Shown piece by piece: positions 33,838-41,916 of a stretch of 42,281 nucleotides of DNA. The notes beneath the pieces were generated by a model, which saw only the letters and a program-made list of their open reading frames with translations, did not search any database and had not been told where the DNA came from. Numbering within the stretch: the stretch's first letter is position 1; each line of letters starts with the position of its first letter. A program made the translations under genes and the position numbers. Origin of the DNA: a virus; the IMG/VR virus record IMGVR_UViG_3300030122_000023; one strand, written 5' to 3'.

Positions 33838-34561
33838 CGGCACCGTCCTCCATTCTGATCTGCGCATTGCAATCATTAATCTGCTCTGCTAAATATGCCG
33901 GAAGAGTGTAGCAATCAACAAATTCGTGTGCATCGGCAAGATCCTTGCGTTTCAGTGCCTTGTAGCTTTTCATTTTTCCTTCATCGTCATAAATGCCAAA
34001 CTCACGTTTTAACTGATTGTAAATGTCGCTGAACACTTTTTTATGTACTTTACTATCCCTGTAAGCTTCTGATTTCTTACCGCCGAGCATTTCCACTGCC
34101 TTTCGTCTGACATGTGCAGAAAGTTCGTCTGATTCTGCACCGAACAATGGCATATCGTTTTCAATGGAATATACTTTCTGCTCCACGGTCTCAACCTTAT
34201 GTTCCAACTCCACCGTTCCCTGCGCTAATAATGCGATCTGTTCTAATGCTGTGCGTGGTTTCTGAATAGCATCTTCCATTTCATGGAAACGATTAATATA
34301 CTTTGCTGTGAACTCTGTTCCTTTTACGCCTGTCAGCTTATGGGCAATAAATTCGCAGCCCTTTTTCGTGACAAGATAACAAGGTTTCTGCCGATTTGAC
34401 TTATCTGTATACTCTGAACCCGTAAAAAAATCGGTGTGGGGAATTTTTCCCTCACCAAATTGTAATATGTATCGTCTAATATCTTTCATTAAATCGTTGT
34501 GTGGTTTTCCAACCATCTCCGCAACCTCGATGGATGTAATTGTTTTCTGTTCTAAATTCAT
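33827..34561 (-). CDS. Rha-family phage regulatory protein / antirepressor-like
   Basis: ITSIEVAEMVGKPHNDLMKDIRRY...YLVTKKGCEFIAHKLTG...AKYINRFHEME. Confidence 0.75.
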   Translation of the reverse strand: MNLEQKTITSIEVAEMVGKPHNDLMKDIRRYILQFGEGKIPHTDFFTGSEYTDKSNRQKPCYLVTKKGCEFIAHKLTGVKGTEFTAKYINRFHEMEDAIQKPRTALEQIALLAQGTVELEHKVETVEQKVYSIENDMPLFGAESDELSAHVRRKAVEMLGGKKSEAYRDSKVHKKVFSDIYNQLKREFGIYDDEGKMKSYKALKRKDLADAHEFVDCYTLPAYLAEQINDCNAQIRMEDGADGV

Positions 34562-34683
34562 TTAAAACTCCTTTCTCCCGGCACCATGGAAAGCACCGGG
34601 AAACCATGGCTTTCAATAATTCGTGATATATTATTTTCTGCATGAATAGGTTTCTTTCTGCCGACCGGCAAGGTGTTCCAACC

Positions 34684-34983
34684 CTATAACCACGACTTTC
34701 CAAAAATATCTCTGAAATCTTCTCTTGTTCCGTAATGAGATTCAAAATATTCCTGCGCCATAGTTTTTAATTTCAAATCAATTTCTTTTGCATTGGCGCC
34801 TCTCTGCGCTCCGTTAGGATGCAGATCAGGTCTGAGCGGAATAACAAAACCATACTTTTCACTGTTTTTACGGTTTGAACTTCCAAAGATATGATGTCTT
34901 TCCACCGGATATGTTCCGGTAAAATAACAGTGATCCATATCATCCGTGAACACGCTCCAAAGCTTTTTACTCATGTTCCCCAC
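34684..34983 (-). CDS. Conserved phage protein with a C..F.G....ERHHIF motif (possible His-Me-finger nuclease)
   Basis: 99-aa ORF; function inferred only from the motif. Confidence 0.35.
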   Translation of the reverse strand: MGNMSKKLWSVFTDDMDHCYFTGTYPVERHHIFGSSNRKNSEKYGFVIPLRPDLHPNGAQRGANAKEIDLKLKTMAQEYFESHYGTREDFRDIFGKSWL

Positions 34984-35501
34984 TCCTGCTTCATACGTTC
35001 CAATTCATCCGGTGTAGCTGTCTCAATGCCAAGTTCCTTTGCTTCTTCAACAATCCGGTCTATAAAGTGGCTCATTTCGACAGTATCGTATTCGCTAGAT
35101 CCTTTGATCATCAGATACGAAGCAAATTTCCCATTGTCTTTAATATATTTCCAATGACCATCAACCTTTGACATGTCAACTGATTTTTTTACTGTAATCG
35201 TGATATATCCGTCTTCATCTTCATAGAACGCTCCGTATTTCTGCAACATTTCCTCATAGACTTCATCCTTGCTGGAATAGATGTCTTTGCTATTGGCAAT
35301 CTTTGTCATGAGCACCCATGCATAAGCATTAGCATCAAGACTTCTTTTCTGACGATACTTAACTGCCTTAATCTGCAATAAATCATCCGGTTTTAAATGC
35401 TCGATCTGCTTTGCTGCTGATGCGTCAACCTCAAATGTAAGGATGATGCCTTGTCCATTGAATGTACGGCTCGCTCCGGTGAGTTTTCCTGTAGTATCCA
35501 T
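34971..35501 (-). CDS. Recombination-module protein, weakly NinB/Orf-like
   Basis: 176 aa. KRSLDANAYAWVL resembles the NinB RSLDQN motif. Adjacent to ERF. Confidence 0.35.
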   Translation of the reverse strand: MDTTGKLTGASRTFNGQGIILTFEVDASAAKQIEHLKPDDLLQIKAVKYRQKRSLDANAYAWVLMTKIANSKDIYSSKDEVYEEMLQKYGAFYEDEDGYITITVKKSVDMSKVDGHWKYIKDNGKFASYLMIKGSSEYDTVEMSHFIDRIVEEAKELGIETATPDELERMKQEWGT

Positions 35502-35504
35502 AAG

Positions 35505-36167
35505 CTACTCTTCTTTCTTTTTCTTATACCAGCACTTAACCTGTTCAATGATCTTAGCAGCCATTTCACTTGATAAATCTGAAGTCTTTTCAAAATGATA
35601 TTTTTCTTTCAGCGTTTTCCAGATATCATTGGATGTAGCATTCTCACACATATCAGAATACGCACTTACAAAATCTGTCATTGTCCTAAGCTGTTCTACG
35701 GTTGCTGGAACAAAATCATTCTTTGGTTCTACCGTATGGCTTTCTGAATCTGGATCCTGCATCTCTTCGGTAGGAATACAGAACACCTGAAAACAAGCAT
35801 ATTTAAAAGCAATCGCCATAGCTTTATTCGTTGCCTTATCTCCGGAATCCATGCCCTCACCGATTGTTACCGCCGTGATACTGCTTCCATCTTCCGCATA
35901 AAAGGTATATTTAATCTTGCAGACGGAATAGATCAGCGTTGCACCTTTTATGGATTTTCTTTCTTCTCTGGTCTGTTCTAAGACCTCTGGAACGATAAAT
36001 ATATGATTGTTGACCAATGCAGGATTGATTGCATTCATCACCGCATCAATTCCGCGGTATTTAAACCCCTGCGTCTTATTCACATCATTTTTTCCAACCG
36101 CACCGATTTCTTCCATGCACTTTGATATTGCCTGGTATATGTTCATCTGTTTTGCTGTCTCTGCCAT
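35505..36167 (-). CDS. erf: ERF-family single-strand annealing protein
   Basis: NIYQAISKCMEEIGAVGKN...FKYRGIDAVMNAINPAL...DKATNKAMAIAFKYACFQVFCIPTEE. Confidence 0.7.
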   Translation of the reverse strand: MAETAKQMNIYQAISKCMEEIGAVGKNDVNKTQGFKYRGIDAVMNAINPALVNNHIFIVPEVLEQTREERKSIKGATLIYSVCKIKYTFYAEDGSSITAVTIGEGMDSGDKATNKAMAIAFKYACFQVFCIPTEEMQDPDSESHTVEPKNDFVPATVEQLRTMTDFVSAYSDMCENATSNDIWKTLKEKYHFEKTSDLSSEMAAKIIEQVKCWYKKKKEE

Positions 36168-37045
36168 TATCGTAATCTCCTATACTTAATTTCTAAGCTG
36201 CGCATCTGTGCTTCCAACTGCACGATCTGGAACGGATCAGCAACAACCTCATAAGTAACTACGTTGTTTGCTGGCTTCGGTTCTACAAATTTTTCTTCCG
36301 GTACATTATCTGTAATTGGTGTTTCGTTCACTGCAATATCCGGTTCTGAATTTTTCTCGGACTCATTACGTGCTTCCTCTTCTGCTTTTCTTTTGGCTTC
36401 CTCTTCCTGCCTACGCAAAATCTCTTCTTTCTGTTTCTGATACTGATTCATGACCTCAATAGCATCTGATAATTCTAAGGTTGCCTTGTATTTCTCAATC
36501 CCCTTATCCTCAAACTCTGATCCCATGCTACGGATAATACCGAGGTCTTTTTCTACATGATCCACTCGCTCTGCAATGGCTTCTGTGATTGCTTTCTTTG
36601 TAGTGGTGGCATTCTCCCACTTGCTATCATAAATTCTCTGTAACGGAAGATATCCGCTCGCTTCCACATGCTCTGCCATGATCTCCGTATAGATTTCAGA
36701 AATCAGCGATTTCTTTTCTTCCACACGCCTACGCTCAAATTCTTCCACCTGATTATTAATAAAATTAATTGGTTCATCAATCAGATTGTCCAGTTCCTTT
36801 ACCTGCGCTTCAAAATTTGTGTAGGGAATAATAAAAGATTTCTTCACTTCCAGCTTTTTATCGTTAACTGATTTTTTCAGTTTTCTAAGACTTGCAATTG
36901 TTTTTTTGGCTTCTGTCTTGGATTCCTCCGTGAAAATCATATTTTTATAAATTTCCAGCTCGGAATTAAGTTTTTCCTTAATCTCCTCAAAATTAAAACC
37001 AATAACACCATTTTTCTGCTCAACATTTACTCTGATTTCTTCCAT
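36167..37045 (-). CDS. DUF1351-like protein (partner of phage annealases)
   Basis: 292 aa. N-terminus VIGFNFEEIKEKLNSELEIYKNMIFTEESKTEAKKTIASLRKL, with a coiled-coil centre. Confidence 0.6.
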   Translation of the reverse strand: MEEIRVNVEQKNGVIGFNFEEIKEKLNSELEIYKNMIFTEESKTEAKKTIASLRKLKKSVNDKKLEVKKSFIIPYTNFEAQVKELDNLIDEPINFINNQVEEFERRRVEEKKSLISEIYTEIMAEHVEASGYLPLQRIYDSKWENATTTKKAITEAIAERVDHVEKDLGIIRSMGSEFEDKGIEKYKATLELSDAIEVMNQYQKQKEEILRRQEEEAKRKAEEEARNESEKNSEPDIAVNETPITDNVPEEKFVEPKPANNVVTYEVVADPFQIVQLEAQMRSLEIKYRRLR

Positions 37046-37191
37046 CTTTCTTTTATCCTCTCTTCCTCTGATTCAATATCTGCCATCTCTTCACGTCTGG
37101 CTTGTTTCTCATATAATCTGTGGCGGCGTTCTCTGTCCCTCTCGTACTATTCGAGCATATCGAGACTGTCCGGTATGTAATCACTGTACAT
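37027..37191 (-). pseudogene. Small ORF interrupted by an in-frame TAG (14 codons, TAG, 39 codons)
   Basis: GGAGG RBS, then MYSDYIPDSLDMLE-TAG-YERDRERRHRLYEKQARREEMADIESEEERIKERWKKSE. The end overlaps the next gene in typical phage fashion. Confidence 0.45.
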
Positions 37192-37208
37192 TTCCTACCT
37201 CCACGGAC

Positions 37209-37424
37209 TTAAACACGGTACCTGACCATTTCCTCTTTCTGGTCGTCTCCAATAATGATTTCCAGAACATTTTTGTCTAAGGTAAATATTCCACGAATAT
37301 CTCCGTCTGCCGTAAGTCTTACACTTCCATCTTCCAGACCAAGGTTTTCAAGTAATGCCGATAAATCCTTAAGTCCGTCAATTAACTTTCCGGCATCCGT
37401 TCTGCATAATCTAGTTGCTGGCAT
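37209..37424 (-). CDS. Hypothetical protein
   Basis: 71-aa ORF. Confidence 0.5.
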   Translation of the reverse strand: MPATRLCRTDAGKLIDGLKDLSALLENLGLEDGSVRLTADGDIRGIFTLDKNVLEIIIGDDQKEEMVRYRV

Positions 37425-37593
37425 TTAAAAATTCCTCCATTTCCATCTGTCTGAAATCTGTAGATAAAACCATGAATCTGACCGCTTTCTCACGCTGTTG
37501 ATTCATGTACTGCTCGTCCCGGCATTCTTCACACATGTTTCCTTCACCGGGATCTAAACTGCATCCACAGATTCTGCATTTTCTGTAAATCAT
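37411..37593 (-). CDS. Small zinc-ribbon protein
   Basis: 60 aa with CRICGC...CEEC. Confidence 0.5.
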   Translation of the reverse strand: MIYRKCRICGCSLDPGEGNMCEECRDEQYMNQQREKAVRFMVLSTDFRQMEMEEFLNASN

Positions 37594-37691
37594 AAAATCA
37601 CGCTTTCCAAAAATTTAACTACGTGTTACAATAAACGCAGAAATACTTTTGTATTCCTACGGTTAAATAGCATCTGTACTCGCCAAAGTTA

Positions 37692-37964
37692 TCAGGGTGC
37701 TATTTTTTTGTCCTCAAATTCCCCAAGGAACTCAACATCAGCGTCAAGCTTGTCCTTCCGGCGGATCATGTAAAAGTATGCTTTCCGCTTTTCTTCCCGG
37801 CGTTTCTCCACATCCAAGATCACAACTCCGATAAGTGCAATCACCGCACCGAGTACCATTTCAATCAGCAGAAAAACATAATACATTCCATCCGCATCAA
37901 GCATTCCACCCAGAAACATGATTCCAAGCCCTATCGCTATAAAAACTTTTGCTACATTTTTCAT
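37692..37964 (-). CDS. Two-TM membrane protein
   Basis: 90 aa with two hydrophobic helices and a basic linker. Confidence 0.55.
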   Translation of the reverse strand: MKNVAKVFIAIGLGIMFLGGMLDADGMYYVFLLIEMVLGAVIALIGVVILDVEKRREEKRKAYFYMIRRKDKLDADVEFLGEFEDKKIAP

Positions 37965-38080
37965 GATGCCTTGTCCTTGACCACAAGCTTAATTCCTTCC
38001 TGTCTTTCGTAAATCTCTAACAGAATGTCCATGATCTTGGATTTCCTCTCTGGTGTAATTTCCATGTCTGCTTTGTTCAT
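37961..38080 (-). CDS. Small protein (39 aa), not in the ORF track
   Basis: AAAGGAG lies 7 nt upstream. Translates to MNKADMEITPERKSKIMDILLEIYERQEGIKLVVKDKAS. ATGA-coupled to the next gene. Confidence 0.5.
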   Translation of the reverse strand: MNKADMEITPERKSKIMDILLEIYERQEGIKLVVKDKAS

Positions 38081-38097
38081 AGGAATCTCCTTTCTCA

Positions 38098-38262
38098 TTA
38101 TTTAACGCTCCCACACATGGCAATCTGCTTGTCAACTTCCGACTGTTTCTTTGAGATTGCCATACCATCCGCAACACCGAGAATATAGTTGAAGTTTTCT
38201 TTGTCCAGCTGTGATACTGTTTCAGCTAGTCTTGCAAGGGATTCTTTCTGTTTTTCGCTCAT
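38098..38262 (-). CDS. First early-lytic gene (54 aa from M13 of the listed ORF); Cro-position protein
   Basis: RBS AAGGAAGTGA lies upstream of the ATG at 38262. The longer start would sit inside operator O1. Confidence 0.55.
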   Translation of the reverse strand: MSEKQKESLARLAETVSQLDKENFNYILGVADGMAISKKQSEVDKQIAMCGSVK

Positions 38263-38284
38263 CTGCTCACTTCCTTTCTTGTTT

Positions 38285-38354
38285 TGTACTTTGTACATTA
38301 TTAATATAGCACTATGTACATATTTTTGTCAATACTTTTTTTGTACAAAGTACA
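38285..38354. promoter_or_regulatory. Three operators of the genetic switch (TGTAC-N3-GTACA dyads)
   Basis: O1 38285..38297 tgtactttgtaca; O2 38308..38320 agcactatgtaca (degenerate); O3 38342..38354 tgtacaaagtaca. Confidence 0.65.
38303..38332 (-). promoter_or_regulatory. Early lytic promoter (TTGACA-18 nt-TATATT with a TGn extension)
   Basis: Read on the minus strand. O2 lies in the spacer and O1 just downstream of the -10. Confidence 0.6.
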
Positions 38355-38411
38355 ATTTTTTTATTTACTTTTTTAACATGTTGTAGTATATTATTAATAG
38401 GAGGTGAGAAA

Positions 38412-38774
38412 ATGCAGAACCGATTAAAGCAAATAAGAAAAAAATTAGGTTGCAACCAGAATGAATTTGCAGAAAAACTCGGTATATCAGTTTCCAATAT
38501 ATCTAGCTATGAAGCAGGAAGAAGAAATCCGTCTGATGCTGTTATAAATCTGATATGCGAAAAATTTAGCGTCAATAAGGAATGGCTAGAGACCGGAAAA
38601 GGCGAAATGTTCATTCAAAAGACCGAGAATGAAAAGATAGCTGAATTTCTTGCAGATGTACTGAAAGCCGGGGAAAAAGACCAGCGGTACAGATTCATAG
38701 CCGCTATCTCAGAACTGGATGAAAACGACTGGAACACAATCCAGAAGCTGGCAGAAAAGCTTGTGAAGAAGTAA
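38412..38774 (+). CDS. XRE/CI-type phage repressor without a peptidase domain
   Basis: LKQIRKKLGCNQNEFAEKLGISVSNISSYEAGRRNPS. 120 aa, no S24 Ser/Lys domain. RBS AGGAGGTGA upstream. Confidence 0.8.
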   Translation: MQNRLKQIRKKLGCNQNEFAEKLGISVSNISSYEAGRRNPSDAVINLICEKFSVNKEWLETGKGEMFIQKTENEKIAEFLADVLKAGEKDQRYRFIAAISELDENDWNTIQKLAEKLVKK

Positions 38775-38778
38775 AAAG

Positions 38779-38811
38779 AAAGACAAGGGCAATGCGCAAA
38801 CCCTTGTCTTT
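38779..38811. terminator. Bidirectional rho-independent terminator
   Basis: aaagacaaggg-11 nt-cccttgtcttt with an A-tract upstream and a T-tract downstream. Confidence 0.8.
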
Positions 38812-38816
38812 TTCTT

Positions 38817-38918
38817 TTATCTTAAAAACCTCTTTATAAATGCATATATGGTTCGGAGATCATCCTCGTCCATGCACTTCTCTATTAATTCTATTATTTT
38901 TTCTTTAAACTCTCCCAT
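38817..38918 (-). CDS. 33-aa ORF downstream of the SOS-box promoter (candidate small antirepressor)
   Basis: AAAGGTGG lies 8 nt upstream. Translates to MGEFKEKIIELIEKCMDEDDLRTIYAFIKRFLR. Confidence 0.4.
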   Translation of the reverse strand: MGEFKEKIIELIEKCMDEDDLRTIYAFIKRFLR

Positions 38919-38949
38919 ATCCAATACCACCTTTCTATTTGATACATAA

Positions 38950-38978
38950 AGTATACGAACGTATGTTCGAAAAGTCAA
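38950..38978 (-). promoter_or_regulatory. Sigma-A promoter TTGACT-17 nt-TATACT with a Cheo (LexA) box CGAACATACGTTCG in the spacer
   Basis: -35 at 38973..38978, -10 at 38950..38955, box at 38956..38969. The box matches CGAAC-N4-GTTCG exactly. Confidence 0.7.
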
Positions 38979-39111
38979 TAACGCATCCATTTGTTTTTAT
39001 CCTAAACTTTCATTTTGCAAAAAAATGTCATAAAAAAATGACAAAAATGTATTGTTTTATAATCATTTTGCTTTATAATTGTAGTATCAAAAGAAAGGGG
39101 AGTTCAAAATC

Positions 39112-39705
39112 ATGAACGAATCAAAAGATACTAAAGTATGTAAACACTGTCAATCGGAGATTCCTAAGAAAGCAAAGATATGTCCAGTATGCAAAAAGAA
39201 ACAAGGTTTACCGAAATGGGCGATTGTTTTAATTGTGATCCTGGTTCTTGCAGCTATCGGTTCTGCTTCTGGTGGAAATTCCGACAATTCAGAAACTACT
39301 ACCACTTCACAATCATCAAGCACAAACGAAACTCAAAATTCGACACCAGAGGTAAAGGAAGTTGAGACCGAATCAGAGCCAGAAATTGAATATACTGCGG
39401 TTGATGTAAGCACCATGATGGATGATTTGAAAAACAATTCAATGAAAGCAGAAGATACTTACAATGACAAATACTTAGAAATTACTGGTCGATTAGATGT
39501 TATTGACAGCAACGGTAAGTATATCGGGGTATTCTCTCAGACAGACAAATTTGCAATTGTTGGTGTCCAATGCTATATAAAAGATGATGATGTAAAAGCA
39601 AAGGTAATGGAAATGTCCAAAGACGATACTATAACGCTCAAAGTTCATATTAAAAACGTTGGGGAAGTTATGGGGTACTCCGCAGATATTATAGAAATAG
39701 AATAG
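39112..39705 (+). CDS. Zinc-ribbon / single-TM protein with an extracytoplasmic OB-fold-like domain (lysogeny-module cargo)
   Basis: CKHCQSEIPKKAKICPVCKKK, TM WAIVLIVILVLAAIG, a Ser/Thr-rich linker, then KAEDTYNDKYLEITGRL. Confidence 0.65.
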   Translation: MNESKDTKVCKHCQSEIPKKAKICPVCKKKQGLPKWAIVLIVILVLAAIGSASGGNSDNSETTTTSQSSSTNETQNSTPEVKEVETESEPEIEYTAVDVSTMMDDLKNNSMKAEDTYNDKYLEITGRLDVIDSNGKYIGVFSQTDKFAIVGVQCYIKDDDVKAKVMEMSKDDTITLKVHIKNVGEVMGYSADIIEIE

Positions 39706-39710
39706 TATAC

Positions 39711-39741
39711 AGTCCCTCTAGTAAATGAGGGACTTTTTTTA
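39711..39741 (+). terminator. Rho-independent terminator immediately upstream of the integrase RBS
   Basis: agtccctc-8 nt-gagggact followed by ttttttt. Confidence 0.7.
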
Positions 39742-39753
39742 AGGGAGTTAAAA

Positions 39754-41094
39754 ATGAACATAGCAATTTATCCAAGGAAATCAAAAAAAGATGATAATTC
39801 AGAATCAATGGAACAGCAAATAGACGATTGTAAAAAGTACATTGATAAAACTTACCATAATGCAAATATAATCGTTTATTCTGGCGATTATGCGATCACA
39901 GGGCATAGCACGGCAAAAAGAAAGGACTTTCAGCGCATGATGGATGATGTCAGAGCAGGAAGAATCAATGCAGTTGTCATTATGAGATACGATCGTATAG
40001 CAAGAAATATGAGAGATTTCTGTAACCTCTATCACGACATGGAAAGCGCAGGATGCAACTTAATATCAGTGAGTCAGCAGATCGATACTTCCACGCCATA
40101 CGGAAAGAACTTCATGTACCAGATGGCAAACATGGCAGAATTAGAATGGGCGGTTATATCTGAGCGATACAAAGACACCGCAGCTTATAAAATCCGTGAA
40201 GGGAAAGCTTACACTGGCAGAGTGCCCATAGGATTTAAAATAGAGAAAATAGATGGTGTAAAGAAAGTCGTACATGATAATGAGGAACAGACAAGGGCTA
40301 TCTTTGATTATTTATTAGCAACCAAAAGCAAGCGCGGCACTGTTTTATGGGTACGTGAAAATTTGATTCCAGACTTCACACGTCACAAATTAGACACAAT
40401 GATAAATTCAGATTTATATATTGGTAAAGTAAGGGAAAATGAAAATTTCTGCGAACCTTATTTTACCAAAGAGCAAATGGAAGAAATAAGAAGTGTCAAT
40501 CAGATAAAATACGCTCCGTCCGGTCATATATATCTATTCAGTGGGTTATTCCGCTGTCCTATATGCGGCAGGAAAATGGCAAGTTTTTATAGCATAGACA
40601 GGAAGACCAAAAAGCACAGGCAATATCAAAGATGCTGGTTTGGTGGAAATGAGAAATTGCACAAAACAAAATTAGTGTCAGAAGCAAAAACAGAAAAATA
40701 TCTTCTTGAAAATCTTGATGCAGCATTAAAAAATCTTGAATTTGATGTAAAAAAAGAAGCAGGTAAACCAAAGCGCAATTTGAATAAGAAACTTAATGAT
40801 GCAATAGCGGAGCGTGACAGACTGAATTACCTTTTTGAAAAAGGAAGAATTGATATTCCAGAATACGAAAAGAAATACAGTGTCTTATCAGAAAAAATAA
40901 ACTCCATAAATGAGGAGTTGTCAAACAACAAAGTTGTAAGGATTGAGGAATTTAAGAAGCAGATACCGGAAGACTGGAAAGTCCTTTACGAACAACTAGA
41001 TCCAAAAGGAAAACAAGAGTTTTGGCATAGAATAATAAAAGAAATTTATTTGAATGAAGCCTTTGAAATTACTGGCTTTATATTTTATATCTAG
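39754..41094 (+). CDS. int: Large serine recombinase (integrase)
   Basis: N-terminal resolvase-type catalytic domain (AIYPRKS...), recombinase domain, zinc ribbon CPICGRK and coiled-coil C-terminus; 446 aa. Confidence 0.85.
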   Translation: MNIAIYPRKSKKDDNSESMEQQIDDCKKYIDKTYHNANIIVYSGDYAITGHSTAKRKDFQRMMDDVRAGRINAVVIMRYDRIARNMRDFCNLYHDMESAGCNLISVSQQIDTSTPYGKNFMYQMANMAELEWAVISERYKDTAAYKIREGKAYTGRVPIGFKIEKIDGVKKVVHDNEEQTRAIFDYLLATKSKRGTVLWVRENLIPDFTRHKLDTMINSDLYIGKVRENENFCEPYFTKEQMEEIRSVNQIKYAPSGHIYLFSGLFRCPICGRKMASFYSIDRKTKKHRQYQRCWFGGNEKLHKTKLVSEAKTEKYLLENLDAALKNLEFDVKKEAGKPKRNLNKKLNDAIAERDRLNYLFEKGRIDIPEYEKKYSVLSEKINSINEELSNNKVVRIEEFKKQIPEDWKVLYEQLDPKGKQEFWHRIIKEIYLNEAFEITGFIFYI

Positions 41095-41095
41095 G

Positions 41096-41146
41096 ACTTG
41101 TACTAAGCAACTATTTCCTAGCGGTTAACATTAATTAGTACAAGTC
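41096..41146. other. Candidate attP (51-bp dyad next to the integrase)
   Basis: gacttgtactaa-27 nt-ttagtacaagtc. No following T-tract, so a poor terminator. Confidence 0.4.
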
Positions 41147-41153
41147 TATTAAA

Positions 41154-41188
41154 AATGGCGATTAGAAATTCTAACCGCCATTTATTTT
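41154..41188. terminator. Bidirectional terminator between the convergent integrase and endolysin genes
   Basis: aatggcg a ttagaa a ttctaa c cgccatt flanked by A and T tracts. Confidence 0.7.
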
Positions 41189-41912
41189 ACGCTTTTACAA
41201 TCGCAGCGTCAAATCCTGCTGCTTTCAATTTTTCCTGCAAGGAAATAGCATTTGCTTTGTTGCGATACGCTCCGACCTGTACACGATAAATAGAATCTTT
41301 ATCACCTACGCTTGTCTCTGATCCAGAAGTTGCAGCATCGTCATCAGATGTGTTATTGGATGGTTCAATGTACTGCTGTCCGGTAATTCCGTAAACAATT
41401 GCACTTGCCATGCTCTTAAAGTCATACAGTGCTACATCGTCTTTATCATCCACGAAGCAACATTCAATCAGCATCGCAGGTGCTTTTGTGTGATTGAGCA
41501 CGTAAAGCTTTTTGTTAATCTTCACACCACGATTTTTAAATCCAAGTGCTGCAATTGCTTTCACAATTTTCTCTGCAAATGGTTTTGCTTTGCTATTATC
41601 ACTATAAATATATGCTTCTACACCTGTTGTCCGTCCGTTTCCAGACATATCCTTCGCACCTGCATTGAAGTGAATGGACACATCAAGATCTGCCGCATGA
41701 GCATTGCATTTTCCTACGATGTTGCAAAGCACATTGTTTGCGCTTGTCCCGTTCTCTACAGTGCAGTCATACACTGTATGTCCGAGGCCTTTCAACTGTC
41801 TGATAACCTCATTTTTTACATTTCTTGCTTCTGTGGATTCACGGATGATTCCGATAGCTCCACATGCTACTTTTCCGTCCGGGTTGTGTCCTGCATGTAC
41901 GTTAATAACCAT
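41187..41912 (-). CDS. Endolysin: N-acetylmuramoyl-L-alanine amidase (Amidase_3-like) with a C-terminal SPOR domain
   Basis: MVINVHAGHNPDG...DVSIHFNAG...LIECCFVDD, with C-terminal YRVQVGAYRNKANAISLQEKLKAAGFDAAIV. AGGAGG lies upstream of the ATG at 41912. Confidence 0.8.
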   Translation of the reverse strand: MVINVHAGHNPDGKVACGAIGIIRESTEARNVKNEVIRQLKGLGHTVYDCTVENGTSANNVLCNIVGKCNAHAADLDVSIHFNAGAKDMSGNGRTTGVEAYIYSDNSKAKPFAEKIVKAIAALGFKNRGVKINKKLYVLNHTKAPAMLIECCFVDDKDDVALYDFKSMASAIVYGITGQQYIEPSNNTSDDDAATSGSETSVGDKDSIYRVQVGAYRNKANAISLQEKLKAAGFDAAIVKA

Positions 41913-41916
41913 TCTT

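Noticed and set aside
34476-34745. 89-aa minus-strand ORF between the Rha-like gene and the ERHHIF-motif gene
   Set aside because: It overlaps both neighbours out of frame and has no RBS. The ~120-nt gap is more likely intergenic.
37147-37149. TAG reassignment (alternative genetic code), as seen in some gut phages
   Set aside because: TAG terminates well-supported genes here (the major capsid at 10312 and the gene at 21202), and long ORFs are intact under the standard code. The tRNA anticodon is UAU, not CUA.
37989-38177. 62-aa listed ORF in the early region
   Set aside because: It overlaps the 3' end of the first lytic gene in another frame and has no RBS. A 39-aa ORF (37961..38080) with AAAGGAG and ATGA coupling explains the gap better.
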